A DNA stretch of 64,000 nt from Octopus vulgaris (Eukaryota): contig OX597815.1 in assembly GCA_951406725.2 (NCBI GenBank), forward strand, positions 194,246,001 through 194,310,000, given 5' to 3'. Made by a program: the position numbers and the translations under genes. Of the stretch, positions 1-14,247 are shown piece by piece. How positions within the stretch are numbered: position 1 is the stretch's first letter; each line of letters begins with the position of its first letter. The notes below the pieces were generated by a model that ran no database searches, had not been told where the DNA came from, and worked only from the letters and a program-made list of their open reading frames with translations.

Positions 1-279
1 GGCAGCGGACTCACGGTTGTAGGATCGCGGTTTCGATTCCCAGACCGGGCGTTGTGAGTGTTTATTGAGCGAAAACACCTTAAGCTCCACGAGGCTCCGG
101 CAGGGAGTGGTGGCGATCCCTGCTGTACTCTTTCGCAACAACTTTCTTTCTTCTGTTGGCCTGCTCGCTTAGCCAGCGGGGTGGCGTCATTTGAAGGCTA
201 AAACAATGCGAAGTGCATTGTAACCAGCGATGTGTAGCAACAACTGATAGCCTGGTCGGTCACGGTGATCACGGTGATA
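1..279 (+). mobile_element. SINE-A (tRNA-derived) with tail type 3, cut by the window edge
   Basis: B-box region GGTTTCGATTCCC and the body shared with other SINE-A copies. Confidence 0.8.
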
Positions 280-2274
280 TATACATATATACGACGGGCT
301 TCTTTCAGTTTCTGTCTACCAAAATCCACTCACAAGGCTTTGGTCGACCCGAGGCTGTAGAAGAAGACACTTACCCAAGGTGCCACGCAGTGGGAATGAA
401 CCCGGAACCATGTGGCTGGTAAACAAGCTACTTACCACACAGTCACTCCTTTAGAGAAAGCAATGCGAATCGCATTGTGACCAGCGATGTGTAGCAACAT
501 CTGATAGCCTGGTCGGACACGGTGATCACGGTGATATATACATATATATACGACGGGCTTCTTTCAGTTTCTGTCTACCAAAATCCACTCACAAGGCTTT
601 GGTCGACCCGAGGCTGTAGAAGAAGACACTTACCCAAGGTGCCACGCAGTGGGAATGAACCCGGAAACATGTGGTTGGTAAACAAGCTACTTACCACACA
701 GTCACTCCTTTAGAGAAAGCAATGCGAATCGCATTGTGACCAGCGATGTGTAGCAACATCTGATAGCCTGGTCGGACACGGTGATCACGGTGATATATAC
801 ATATATATACGACGGGCTTCTTTCAGTTTCTGTCTACCAAAATCCACTCACAAGGCTTTGGTCGACCCGAGGCTGTAGAAGAAGACACTTACCCAAGGTG
901 CCACGCAGTGGAATGAACCCGGAAACATGTGGTTGGTAAACAAGCTACTTACCACACAGTCACTCCTTTAGAGAAAGCAATGCGAATCGCATTGTGACCA
1001 GCGATGTGTAGCAACATCTGATAGCCTGGTCGGACACGGTGATCACGGTGATATATACATATATATACGACGGGCTTCTTTCAGTTTCTGTCTACCAAAA
1101 TCCACTCACAAGGCTTTGGTCGACCCGAGGCTGTAGAAGAAGACACTTACCCAAGGTGCCACGCAGTGGGAATGAACCCGGAAACATGTGGTTGGTAAAC
1201 AAGCTACTTACCACACAGTCACTCCTTTAGAGAAAGCAATGCGAATCGCATTGTGACCAGCGATGTGTAGCAACATCTGATAGCCTGGTCGGACACGGTG
1301 ATCACGGTGATATATACATATATATACGACGGGCTTCTTTCAGTTTCTGTCTACCAAAATCCACTCACAAGGCTTTGGTCGACCCGAGGCTGTAGAAGAA
1401 GACACTTACCCAAGGTGCCACGCAGTGGGAATGAACCCGGAAACATGTGGTTGGTAAACAAGCTACTTACCACACAGTCACTCCTTTAGAGAAAGCAATG
1501 CGAATCGCATTGTGACCAGCGATGTGTAGCAACATCTGATAGCCTGGTCGGACACGGTGATCACGGTGATATATACATATATATACGACGGGCTTCTTTC
1601 AGTTTCTGTCTACCAAAATCCACTCACAAGGCTTTGGTCGACCCGAGGCTGTAGAAGAAGACACTTACCCAAGGTGCCACGCAGTGGGAATGAACCCGGA
1701 AACATGTGGTTGGTAAACAAGCTACTTACCACACAGTCACTCCTTTAGAGAAAGCAATGCGAATCGCATTGTGACCAGCGATGTGTAGCAACATCTGATA
1801 GCCTGGTCGGACATGGTGATCACGGTGATATATACATATACATACGACGGGCTTCTTTCAGTTTCTGTCTACCAAAATCCACTCACAAGGCTTTGGTCGA
1901 CCCGAGGCTGTAGAAGAAGACACTTACCCAAGGTGCCACGCTGTGGGACTGAACCCGGAACCATGTGGCTGGTAAACAAGCTACTTACCACACAGTCACT
2001 CCTCTAGAGAAAGCAATGCGAATTGCATTGTGACCAGCGATGTGTAGCAACATCTGATAGCCTGGTCGGACACGGTGATCACGGTGATATATACATATAT
2101 ATACGACGGGCTTCTTTCAGTTTCTGTCTACCAAAATCCACTCACAAGGCTTTGGTCGACCCGAGGCTGTAGAAGAAGACACTTACCCAAGGTGCCACGC
2201 AGTGGGAATGAACCCGGAACCATGTGGTTGGTAAACAAGCTACTTACCACACAGCTACTCCTTTAGAGAAAGCA
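200..2274. repeat. Tandem array of 8 x 259-bp units, a chimera of a SINE-A tail (+) and a SINE-B head (-)
   Basis: gtgatcacggtgatata recurs near 265 and at 522, 781, 1039, 1298, 1557, 1816 and 2075. The inner units are nearly identical. Confidence 0.95.
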
Positions 2275-2652
2275 CTCAAGTTAAATTCTAGTTCACAATA
2301 ATGAGAACAATTTCTTCGAAAGTGCATATGCATCAAAACAAACTCTTAAAGTTTATTCGTTATTCCCATAATACTCGTACGTGTTCCAGACACATATACT
2401 TTTAGCGATTCACTAGAATAAACCATATTTCTCACGGGAGTCCTATACTACAAGTACAGCAAACTAATCAGGTTTAAGCTGAAATCTGTATTTTAACAAC
2501 TGGAAATTACCACGCCAAAAAAATCTCGTAGGTGTGTGAAAAATGAGTGAAAACTTTACAATAGTTCACACCAAACATCATGGTTTTCTGATACTTTGTT
2601 GATATTTAATCCTATTGTTCAATGTTTCGTCTCTTCTTCCCATTTGTTAAAT

Positions 2653-2747
<95 letters not shown>

Positions 2748-3017
2748 TGCACATGCACACACAGACACAGACACCTACTCACACTTAGACATGCACACAT
2801 ATTATTTACATACGCACATATGTATGTGCGTGTGAAAAAAGTTTAACACAACAGTTATGTATACATATGGGGGTATGTAAGAGTGCATGTGAGTGTATAC
2901 ATACATACATACACACATACATATATACATACATACACACACACACACACACTTATATATATACACGCACACGTATACATACTTATAACATTTAAACACT
3001 TAAACATTTATGTATGC

Positions 3018-3074
<57 letters not shown>

Positions 3075-3274
3075 TATACATACATTCATACACACTTAAA
3101 TGTTTGTGTATTATAAATATGTGTACATGTGCGCGTGTATATATATACTTTTGTATACACACGTACATACAGGGAGTTTCTTCAAATATACACATTCAAG
3201 CAGATGCTTGATTTAAAGCACGGTAAAAAGATTACGTTGCATTCATTTTTTGGCATTCTGTGTGTTTTATGCAT

Positions 3275-5696
3275 GCATACACACACACATACATACATAC
3301 ATACATACACACATACATACATACATTCATACACACACACATACATTCATACATACATACATACATACATACATACATTCATACATACATACATACATAC
3401 ATACATACACACATACATACATACATACATACATACATACATACATACATACATACATACATACATACATACATACATACATACATACATACATACATAC
3501 ATTCATACATACATACATACATACATACATACACACATACATACATACATACATACATACATACATACATACATACATACATACATACATACATACATAC
3601 ATACACACACACACATACATACAAGCATACATACATACACACATACATACATACACACATACATACATACATTCATACACACACACATACATTCATACAT
3701 ACATACATACATACATTCATACATACATACATACATACACACATACATACATACACACATACATACATACATACATACATACATACATACATACATACAT
3801 ACATACATACATACATACATACATACATACATACACACACACACATACATACAAGCATACATACATACACACATACATACATATATACATACATACATAC
3901 ATGCATACATACATACACACATACATACATACATACATACATACATACATACATACATACATACATACATACATACATACATACATACACACATACATAC
4001 ATATATACATACATACATACATACATACATACACACATACATACATACATACATACATACATACATACATACATACATACACACATACATACATATATAC
4101 ATACATACATACATACATACATACATACATACATACATACATACATACATACACACATACATACATAATACATACATACATACATACATACATACACACA
4201 TACATACATACATACATACATACATACATACATACATACATACATACATACATACATACATACATACATACATACATACATACATACATACATACATACA
4301 TACATACATACATACACACATACATACATAATACATACATACATACATACATACATACATACATACATACATACATACACACATACATACACACATACAT
4401 ACATACATACATACATACATACATACATACATACATACATACATACATACATACATACATACATACATACATACATACATACATACATACATACATACAT
4501 ACATACATACATACATACATACATACACACATACATACACACATACATACATACATACATACATACATACATACATACATACATACATACATACATACAT
4601 ACATACACACATTCATACATACATACATACATACACACATACATACACACATACATACATACATACATACATACATACATACATACATACATACATACAT
4701 ACATACATACATACATACATACATACATACATACATACATACATACATACATACATACATACATACACACATACATACATACATACATACATACATACAT
4801 ACATACATACATACATACATACATACATACATAGATACATACATACATACACACATACATACATAATACATACATTCATACATACATACATTCATACATT
4901 CATACATACATACATACATACATACATACATACATACATACATACATACATACATACATACATACATACATACATACATACATACATACATACATACATA
5001 GATACATACATACATACACACATACATACATAATACATACATACATACATACATACATACATACACACATACATACATACATACACACATGCATACACAC
5101 ATACATACATACATACATTCATACATACATACATACATACACACAAACATACACACATACATTCATACATTCATACATACATACATACATACATACATTC
5201 ATACATACATACATTCATACACACATACATACATACATACATACATACATACATACATACATACATACACACATACATACATACATACACACATACATAC
5301 ACACATACATACATACATACATACATACATACATACATACACACATACATACACACATACATTCATACATTCATACATACATACATACATACATACATAC
5401 ATACACACATACATACATACATACACACATACATACACACATACATACACACATACATACATACATACATACATACATACATACATACACACATACATAC
5501 ATACACACATACATACATACATACACACATACATACATACATACATACATACACACATACATACATACATACACACATACATACATACATACATACATAC
5601 ATACATACACACATACATACACACATACATACATACACACATACACACACACATACATACATACATACATACATACATACATACATACATACACAT
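3275..5696. repeat. ~2.4-kb (TACA)n microsatellite
   Basis: Continuous TACA repeats with CACA/TTCA variants. Confidence 0.98.
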
Positions 5697-6140
5697 ATTT
5701 CTATATATATATATGTGAGAGTGTATGTATGTTTATACACACATGCATACGCGCGCATAGTTATATGTAATATTCGTTAGCAAGCACCTATTATTACTGT
5801 CTGTGTCTGACCATGTGTAAGTATGTGTCTATAATATATGGCTAGGCATAAATTTAACGCGTATGATAGTGACGCAAAAGAAATTCAAGTAAAAAAAAAA
5901 AACAGAAACCACAAGATGTGTCCTCAGAACATGGGTGAGATGGCTACAGGAGTAATGATAAGCAAAGATATCATTGTTTCAAAGAAAGAACTTTTCTCAC
6001 AAACAGCTGAAAACATTCAAATAAGATTTAAATAGCCACACCATGATGATACGTAATCATAAACAAAACCGTTCTTTTTCGCATTTGATGCGACGCTGAA
6101 AGACAAGCGAATAGGAACAAAAACCATTCTCTTCAGCTGG

Positions 6141-6553
6141 ATTACTCTTTACTCTTTTACTCTTTTACTTGCTTTCAGTCATTTGACTGCGGCCATGCTG
6201 GAGCACCGTCTCTAGTCGAGCAAATCGACCCCGGGACTTATTCTTTTGTAAGCCCAGTACTTATTCTATCGGTCTCTTTTTGCCGAACCGCTAAGTGACG
6301 GGGACGTAAACACACCAGCATCGGTTGTGAAGCAATGCTAGGGGGACAAACACAGATACACAACACACACACACACATATATATATACATATATACGACA
6401 GGCTTCTTTCAGTTTCCGTCTACCAAATCCACTCACATGGCATTGGTCGGCCCGGGGCCAAAGTAGAAGACACTTGCCCAAGATGCCACACAGTGGGACT
6501 GAACCCGGAACCATGTGGTTGGTTAGCAAGCTACTTACCACACAGCCACTCCT
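6141..6553 (-). mobile_element. SINE-B
   Basis: Head AGGAGTGGCTGTGTGG..GGTTCAGTCCC, internal TA/TG microsatellite and (GTAAAAGA)n tail. Confidence 0.88.
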
Positions 6554-6740
6554 GATATCGGTTTCTTTTGAATGAACACAAATTCTTCATACTTTAAGAG
6601 AAGAAGTTGTAATAGCTAAGTGTGGCTGTGTGGTAAGAAGCTTGCTTCCCAACCACACAGTTCCGGGTTCGTAGTTATCCGCCTTCTCTGACTTTCAAAG
6701 AGATGTCTACATCAGCAGAACAGCTGACTTCTACGATGGT

Positions 6741-7061
6741 GTATGTATGTATGTATGTATGTATGTATGTATGTATGTATGTATGTATGTATGTATGTAT
6801 GTATGTATGTATGTATGTATGTATGTGTATGTATGTATGTATGTATGTATGTATTTATGTATGTATGTATGTATGTGTGTATGTATATATGTATGTATGT
6901 GTGTGTATGTATGTATGTATGTATGTATGTATGTTTGTATGTATGTATGTATGTATGTATGTATGTATGTATGTATGTATGTATGTATGTATGTGTGTAT
7001 GTATATGTGTGTATGTATGTATGTATGTATGTATGTATGTATGTATGTATGTATGTATGTA

Positions 7062-7092
<31 letters not shown>

Positions 7093-7400
7093 ATGTATGT
7101 ATGTATGTATGTGTGTGTGTGTGTATGTATGTACGTATGTATGTATGTGTGTATGTGTGTGTATGTATGTACGTATGTACATATGTATGGCATTGTTTAG
7201 TTTTATTTCAATATTTCTTGCCAATAGAGAAAGAACCGGTTTCTAAACTAGATCTAAGGCTCCTTCATTGGAATTTCAACAACAACAGGATGTTTTGTAT
7301 GTATGTATGTATGTATGTATGTATGTATGTATGTATGTATGTATGTGTGTGTGTATGTATGTATGTATGTATGTATGTATGTTTATATGTATGTATGTAT
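6741..7400. repeat. (TATG)n microsatellites (two blocks)
   Basis: Blocks at 6741-7190 and 7298-7400. Confidence 0.95.
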
Positions 7401-7889
7401 ATGTTCAGATTTGTATGTTTTGCTCTATGTATGTATTCTCATGCATATAGTTACATATCTAGACATGCTCATATATATTCAAATGATAAACTTCTGGAAA
7501 GTTTTACAGATTTTTACAGTTCCACCGATGGTTTGGATCTGTAGTTTTCGAAAAACCTTTTTCCTTCCTGGTTTTGAGAATACGTAGAAATTGATAAAAT
7601 AAACATCGAACTGAAGTATTAGGGTCAATACGATCGATTAATACTCAATCAAGAATGGTCACAGTTCAATCACTGAAACCAGTAAAAGAATATAAGATTT
7701 TGTTATATTTCAGAATATTTTTTGTCAAATAAACACATGCACTATATATTCGCTTTTCAATTCAGATTAATTATTTAAGTCCTTTGTCTAGAAATCTTGC
7801 GTCGCACGTCCTGTGACCTCTTCAGCAACTCGCCATCCTATGTGTCTCCTCCTATTCTGTTTACTCCATTCTCTTTTTATTTATGCGCC

Positions 7890-8186
7890 CTTTTCAAGCC
7901 AGGTCAGGCTCATGGGCCCGGTTTCCCGGTTTCTGTGGCGTATATGTTCCCCTAGCTGGACGGGACGCCAGTCAATTGCAGCGTTACTCAAGAAGCAGGA
8001 AGAAAGAGTGAGAGTAAGTTGGGGCGAAAGAGGACAACAGGGGTCGCCATCACCCCTACCAGAACCTCGTGGAGCTTTAGGTGTTTTCGCTCAATAGACA
8101 CACGCAACGCCCGGTCTGGGAATCGAAACCGCGATCCTCCGACCGCGAGTCCGCTGCCCTAACCGCTGGGCCATTGCGCCTCCACT
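7890..8186 (-). mobile_element. SINE-A, tail type 2
   Basis: Head GTGGAGGCGCAATGGCCCAGCGG on the minus strand. Confidence 0.82.
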
Positions 8187-8340
8187 CTCCATTCTCTAGA
8201 GATTGGATTAAAGAGACAAAGGATATAAAATAAGAACAATAATAAATCTGAAGTGAAGAACAAATGTACAGTGCGTGTTTATTTGGCATAAAAAAAAATG
8301 AACGTCCCGAAATATAACACACCTTTTCACACCAGGAATC

Positions 8341-8733
8341 TTACTCTTTTACTCTTTTACTTGTTTCATTCATTTGACTGTGGCCATGCTGGAGCTCCAC
8401 CTTTAGTCGAGCAAATCGACCCCAGGACTTTTTCTTTGTAAGCCTTGTACTTATTCTATCGGTTCTCTTTTGCCGAACAGCTAAATTACGGGGACGTAAA
8501 CACACCAGCATCGGTTGTCAAGCGATGTTGGTGGGGAGGGACAAACACAGACACACAAACATATACACATATATACGACGGGCTTCTTTCAGTTTTCCGT
8601 CTACCAAATCCACTCACAAGGTTTTGGTTGGCCGAGGCTGTATTAGAAGACACTTGCCCAAGATGCCACGCAGTAGGACTGAACCCGGAACTACGTGGTT
8701 CGTAAGCATGCTACTTACCACACAGCCACTCCT
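8341..8733 (-). mobile_element. SINE-B
   Basis: Same structure; CAGGAATCTT is duplicated at 8333-42 and 8743-52. Confidence 0.88.
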
Positions 8734-8821
8734 AACCTACATCAGGAATCTTGCAAAACAAACAGAGAAAAGCAATAAAAGATTAAATTATTGAAAAAAT
8801 ATCAAAAATCCGAATACTCAC

Positions 8822-9033
8822 AAGAGGATGAACAGAATCTACGAACATGCTTCCTTGAGATTGACCAAAGCCTTTTCCTATGGCTGGCAGATTAAATGCA
8901 TCGAGGACTCCTTTTTGACCTTGTACTTCACTATCAAAATCTGTGGACACTCCGGTTTCGGCGAAGCTCTTCACTTTGACACTTGCGTAAGATCCAATCT
9001 TCCACATTGTGTAATTGTGGTCGTGTGTGCGTC
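8822..9033 (-). CDS. SPON2: Spondin-2/mindin-like protein, next coding exon (Spondin_N domain)
   Basis: Acceptor ttttgcttcaaag|GA completes the split Gly codon. The exon reads (G)RTHDHNYTMWKIGSYASVKVKSFAETGVSTDFDSEVQGQKGVLDAFNLPAIGKGFGQSQGSMFVDSVHPL, the expected continuation (G..H...Y.MW....AS.G...FAE.G ... VD..H.L). Donor CTT|gtgagt at 8822/8821 (phase 0). Confidence 0.88.
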
Positions 9034-9400
9034 CTTTGAAGCAAAATAGTTAATTAGATTGAGAAATGATTGCGGCTGACAATGATGTTTGTTAATGGTA
9101 TAAAGGAGAGGAATTGGCACAAAGAGTGATGGAGATGGTTAGGTAGAGAGAGAGGGTGAATGAGTGAGGGGGCGTGAGTGAGTGAGAAAGAGAGTGAGTG
9201 CAGGAGATAGATAGATAGATAGATAGATAGAGAGAAAGAGAGAGAGAGAAAGAGAGAGAGAGAAAGAGAGAGAGAGAAAGAGAGAGAGAGAATGCACAAA
9301 CACACATACACACGCACGCAAACACACACACACATACATATACATAAAGTGAATATGAAAAAGATCGGAATGAATAAGTGAGAGATTGATAGATTGATAG

Positions 9401-9464
<64 letters not shown>

Positions 9465-9582
9465 GGAAAGAGAAAAAAGACAGCAAAAGACAACGAGAGG
9501 GAGAGAGGGTAAACATATTGGAGTGAAAAAAACGAAAAATATAGAAGGAGGGAGGGGTGAACGATATATATATATATATATA

Positions 9583-9952
9583 GCAGACTCCTGGTAACAG
9601 GATCGCGGTTTCGATTCCTAGACCAGCGTTGTGAGTGTTTATTGAGCGAAAGTACCTTAAGCTCCGGAGCCACCTGGAGCTTGAGGTGGCTCCGGCAGGG
9701 GCCGGTGCTGGTGAACCCGGCTGTATTCTTTCACCACAACTTTCTCTCATTCTTTCTTCCTGTTTTTGTTGTGCCTGTATTTCAAAGGGCGAGCCTTGTC
9801 ACACACTGTGTCACACTGAATCTCCCCGAGAACTACGTTATGGGTACACGTACCTGTGGGATGCTCAGCCACTTGCACGTTAATTTCATGAGTAGGCTGT
9901 TCGGTTAATCGGATCAATTGGAACCCTCGTCATCGTAACCGACGGAGTGCCA
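9583..9952 (+). mobile_element. SINE-A, tail type 1 (5' truncated)
   Basis: Matches 23215-23595. Confidence 0.8.
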
Positions 9953-9959
9953 CATCATA

Positions 9960-10006
<47 letters not shown>

Positions 10007-10011
<5 letters not shown>

Positions 10012-10211
10012 ATCCAAACAAGAAAGCACAAAAAAACACAACAACGCGAGGACGTGGAACAAATATAGTATTACTGGACACTCAGGAAGGAAGGGAAGAA
10101 GGAGGGTTTAACGTTTCGAGCGGAGCTCTTCGTCGGAAACATAGGAGAAGGAAAGATCCAGAGAAGGAAGACAGAAAAAAAAATCGCCAACGGTACACAC
10201 GAGGTCACATA
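10007..10211 (-). mobile_element. ~205-bp interspersed element carrying a minimal hammerhead motif, inserted in (TA)n (Penelope-like terminal fragment?)
   Basis: Homologous (reverse complement) to 55432-55642. Both copies are flanked by TA runs. Confidence 0.6.
10106..10140 (-). ncRNA. Minimal hammerhead-like motif, second copy of the same family (core U4>C)
   Basis: Minus strand: GTTT-CCGACGA-A-GAGC tcc GCTC-GAAACGTT-AAAC, with a 4-bp stem I (GTTT/AAAC). Confidence 0.42.
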
Positions 10212-10644
10212 TATATATATATATATATACAGAGGAGAGAGAGAGAGAGAGAGAGAGAGTGAGAGAGAGAGAGAACAGAGAAGAAGGGAAATATGAGGAG
10301 AGATATTTGGTAAAAAAAAATAGACAGTGGGCGATTCCAAAAAGAAGACAATTCTAAATTCTAATCTTAAATAAGTAAACAAATAAATAAATGAATGAAT
10401 AAATAAATAAATAAAAAAGAACAAACAAAGCATAAAAGAAAGCCGAAATGAAAGCCACTGTCAGTATGACATTTGACTAAAGGACATCGACACACATTTT
10501 TGGGGAAGGGTGACACTTGAATAAATATGTTCCATTCTTTGAATTCTATCAAGCACGAAAAGGTGAATGGCTCGCTGGGGATTGAACCCAGACCGCTTTT
10601 TAACCGTGCCTAGCATGGATTTTCTTCTAAAATTGCTAAATAAA

Positions 10645-11092
10645 TCCTTTCTGTTATGGGCACAAGATCTGAAACTTTGTGGGAAAGGGGCTAGTCGATA
10701 CATCGACCCCCAGTGCGTAATTGGTGTTTATTTCATTGACTCTGAAGAGATAAAAGGCAAAGTCGACCTCGATGGAATTTGAACTCAGAACCTAAAGTCG
10801 AACGAAATACCTCTAAGTATTTTTTCCCCGGCGTTCTAACGATTCTGCCAGTTCGCCGCCCTTAGCTTCAAACAATAATAATCCTTTCTGCTAAAAGCAC
10901 AAGCCCTAAAATTTGCAGGGAGGGGACCCAGACGATTACATTGACTGTAGTGTTTCACTAGTACTTAATTTATCGAGCCCGAAATGATGAAGGGCAAAGT
11001 CGACCTCGGGAGAATTTGAACTCAATATGCAGACGGACGAAATGGCACTAAGTATTTTGTCCGGCGTGCTTACGATTCTGCCAGCTCGCCGT
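10645..11092 (-). mobile_element. Two SINE-C copies
   Basis: Reverse complement of the head and of the GAGTTCAAATTCC..GAGGTCGACTTTGCC core, twice. Confidence 0.8.
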
Positions 11093-11127
11093 TTAATTGC
11101 AAAATTAATACTCTCTTCTACTACAGG

Positions 11128-11433
11128 TGTGGAGGCACATGGCCTAGTGGTTAGAGCAGTGGACTCGCGGTCGAGGGATCGCGGGTTCGATGTGTTCGGA
11201 CCGGGCGATGTGTGTGTTTATGAGCGAAACACCTATGCTCCACACGGCTCCGGCAGAAGGTAATGACGAACTTCTGCTGACTCTTTCGCCACAACTTTCT
11301 CTCACTCTTTCCTCCTGCGTCTTGCAGTTCACCTTTGACTGACCGGCGTCCCGTCCAGGTGGGGAACCTATACGCCAAGGAAACTGGGAAACCGACCCTA
11401 ATGAGCCAGACGTGGCTTGAGAAGGAACAAACA
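11128..11433 (+). mobile_element. SINE-A, tail type 2
   Basis: A box TGGCCTAGTGG and B box GGTTCGA; matches 36152-36455. Confidence 0.82.
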
Positions 11434-12080
11434 ATCTCTTGCCGTATCGCAGTTCACCTATCGCGGTTTATTATTTAAGCTTACGTCGATTCCTCCATGG
11501 TGTTGTTTTGAATTTATAATAAAATAAATATATACAAATTATAAAAAAATATACAGTAGGCGCGGCGCAGGAGTGGCTGTGTGGTAAGTAGCTTGTTAAC
11601 TAACCACATGGTTCCGGGTTCAGTCCCACTGCGTGGCATCTTGGGCAAGTGTCTTCTGCTATAGCCCTGGGGCCGACCAATGCCTTGTGAGTGGATTTGG
11701 TAGACGGAAACTGAAAGAAGCCTGTCGTATATATGTATATATATATATGTATATGTGTGTGTATGTGTGTGGGTTTGTGTGTCTGTGTTTGTCCCCCTAG
11801 CATTGCTTGACAACCGAAGCTGGTGTGTTTACGTCCCCGTCACTTAGCGTTTCGGCAAAAGAGACCGATAGAATAAGTACTGGGCTTACAAAAAGAATAA
11901 GTCCCGGGGTCGAGTTGCTCTACTAAAGGCGGTGCTCCAGCATGGCCGCAGTCAAATGACTGAAACAAGTAAAAGAGTAAAAGAGTAAGAGATTACAGTA
12001 CTGATTCTACTTTGCGGACTTTCACTTATTGCGTGGGGGTTTTTGGAACGTAATACATCGCGATAGTTGAGGGATTGCTG
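11432..12080. mobile_element. Tigger/pogo-like MITE interrupted by a SINE-B insertion
   Basis: Imperfect inverted ends caatctcttgccgtatcgc / gcgatagttgagggattgctg, and Tigger-style internal motifs (ttcacctatcgcgg, ttcacttattgcg). Confidence 0.5.
11559..11993 (+). mobile_element. SINE-B
   Basis: Full length, with TSD TACAGTA (11552-58 / 11994-12000). Confidence 0.9.
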
Positions 12081-12333
12081 CATATCTAATAGACCCGCGC
12101 CGACCACATAAAAAACTATCTCGTTGGTTTAGAAAGAAATTAGCTTTAATTTGTTGTGAATGTGTGATTAATTAGATTAGAGATAATTAGTTATATCGTG
12201 AATAATTACAAATACAGTGAGGGACTTCATAGAGCGAGATGTAAACTCACGCAGAGTCAAAGAAGGAACCTTATGATCGTTTGAAGAAACATCACGGTGG
12301 CTAGAAACAGCAGTAAAATCCCCATCAAACCAC

Positions 12334-12744
12334 GTGGCTGTGTGGTAAGTAGCTTGCTAACCAACCACATGGTTCCGGGTTCAGTCCCACTGCGTGGTAC
12401 CTTGGGCAAGTGTCTTCTGCTATAGCCTCGAGCCGACCAAAGCCTTGTGAGTGGATTTGGTAGACGGAAACTGAAAGAAGCCTGTCATATATATGTATAT
12501 ATATATATGTATGTGTGTTTGTTTGTGTGTCTGTGTTTGTCCCCCTAGCATTGCTTGACAACCGATGCTGGTGTGTTTACGTCCCCGTCAATTACCGGTT
12601 CGGCAAAAAGAGACCGATAGAATAAGTACTGGGCTTACAAAAAAAAAGAATAAGTCCCGGGGTTGAGTTGCTCGACTAAAGGCGGTGCTCCAGCATGGCC
12701 GCAGTCAAATGACTGAAACAAGTAAAAGAGTAAAAGAGTAAGAG
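12334..12744 (+). mobile_element. SINE-B
   Basis: Head, microsatellite and tail. Confidence 0.88.
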
Positions 12745-13181
12745 AATACAATCTCAAAAATGGACGAACCCATTATTATTCTTTCATTCTTTTAGGTATT
12801 TCTGTCATTAGACTGTGGCCATGTTGGGGTACTGCTTTGAAGAATTTTAGTCGAACGAATCCACCCAGTGCTTAGTTTTTAAGGCCTGGTGCTTATTCTA
12901 TCGGTCTGTATTTGTTGAACTGCTAAGTTACGGGGACGTAAACGCACCAACATTGGTTAGGGTAGGGGACAAACATACACACACACATACACGCAGACGC
13001 ACACACACATACACACACACGCATACGACACAAGCATACACGCACGCACGCAAAATTAAGTATCAGTTGCGTACTGGGGTCGATCTAATCGATTACTCCT
13101 CCCCCAAAACTTCGGGCCTTGTGCCTAGAGTAGAAAAGAATACTTTGCGATAACCGAGAACCATATCATTTCTCATTGGAA

Positions 13182-13578
13182 GGCGGCGAGTTGGCAGAAT
13201 CGTTAGCACGCCGGGCGAAATGCGTAGCCGTATTTCGTCTGCCGTTACGTTCTGAGTTCAAATTCCGCCGAGGTCGACTTTGCCTTCCATCCTTTCGGGG
13301 TCGATAAATTAAGTACCAGTTACTCACTGGGGGTCGATATAATCGACTTAATCTGTTTGTCTGTCCTTGTTTGTCCCCTCTGTGTTTAGCCCCTTGTGGG
13401 TAGTAAAGGAATAGGTATTTCGCCCGTTGCTACGTTGTGCTCAAATTTTCGCCGAGATCAACTTTGCCTTTCATCCTTTCGGGGTCGATAAATTAAGTAC
13501 CAATTACGCACTGGGGTCGATGTAATCGATTAACCTCCTCCCCCAAATTTCAGGCTTTGTGCCTGGAGTAGAAAGGAT
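13182..13578 (+). mobile_element. SINE-C dimer (second unit with an alternative tail)
   Basis: Head at 13182 and junction aataggtatttc at ~13410. Confidence 0.85.
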
Positions 13579-13948
13579 TTGTTTGTCATTGTATTGCAGC
13601 CATGCTGGGGGAGTTACCTTCAAATGTTTTTGTCGAACGGATCAACTCCAGTATTTATTTTCTCAAAGCTTAGTACTTATTTTATAAGTGTCTCTGTTAA
13701 CCGAACTACTAAGTTATGGAGACGTAAACGAACAAACACCGGTCGTCAAGTGGTGAAGGTAGACAAACATACATATATAAGATAGGCTTCTTTCTGTTTC
13801 CGTCTATCAAATCTATTCACGAAGCTTTGTTTGTCCCGGGGTTATAACAGAAAGCACTTACCCAAGGTACCATGCAACGGGATAGAACCCGGAATCACGT
13901 GGTCGTGAAGAAATTTTCCTACTAGACAGCCATGCCTACACCTATATA

Positions 13949-14153
13949 CTCTTTACTCTTTTACTTGTTTCAGTCATTTGACTGTGGCCATGCTGGAGCA
14001 CCGCCTTTAGTCGAGCAAATCGACCCCAGGACTTATTGTTTGTAAGCCTAGTACTTATTCTATTAGTCTCTTTTGCCGAACCGCTAAGTTACGGCGACGT
14101 AAACACACCAGCATCGGTTGTCAAGCGATGTTGGGGGGACAAATACAGACACA

Positions 14154-14247
<94 letters not shown>

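Noticed and set aside
213-2266. Repeated 63-aa ORFs as a small-protein gene cluster
   Set aside because: They are translations of SINE-B antisense sequence found throughout the window, and one unit is frameshifted.
3129-7587. Long HTYI/MYVC ORFs (up to 538 aa)
   Set aside because: Stop-free translations of (TACA)n; the same applies to ORFs over TA, TG, TCTA and TAA tracts elsewhere.
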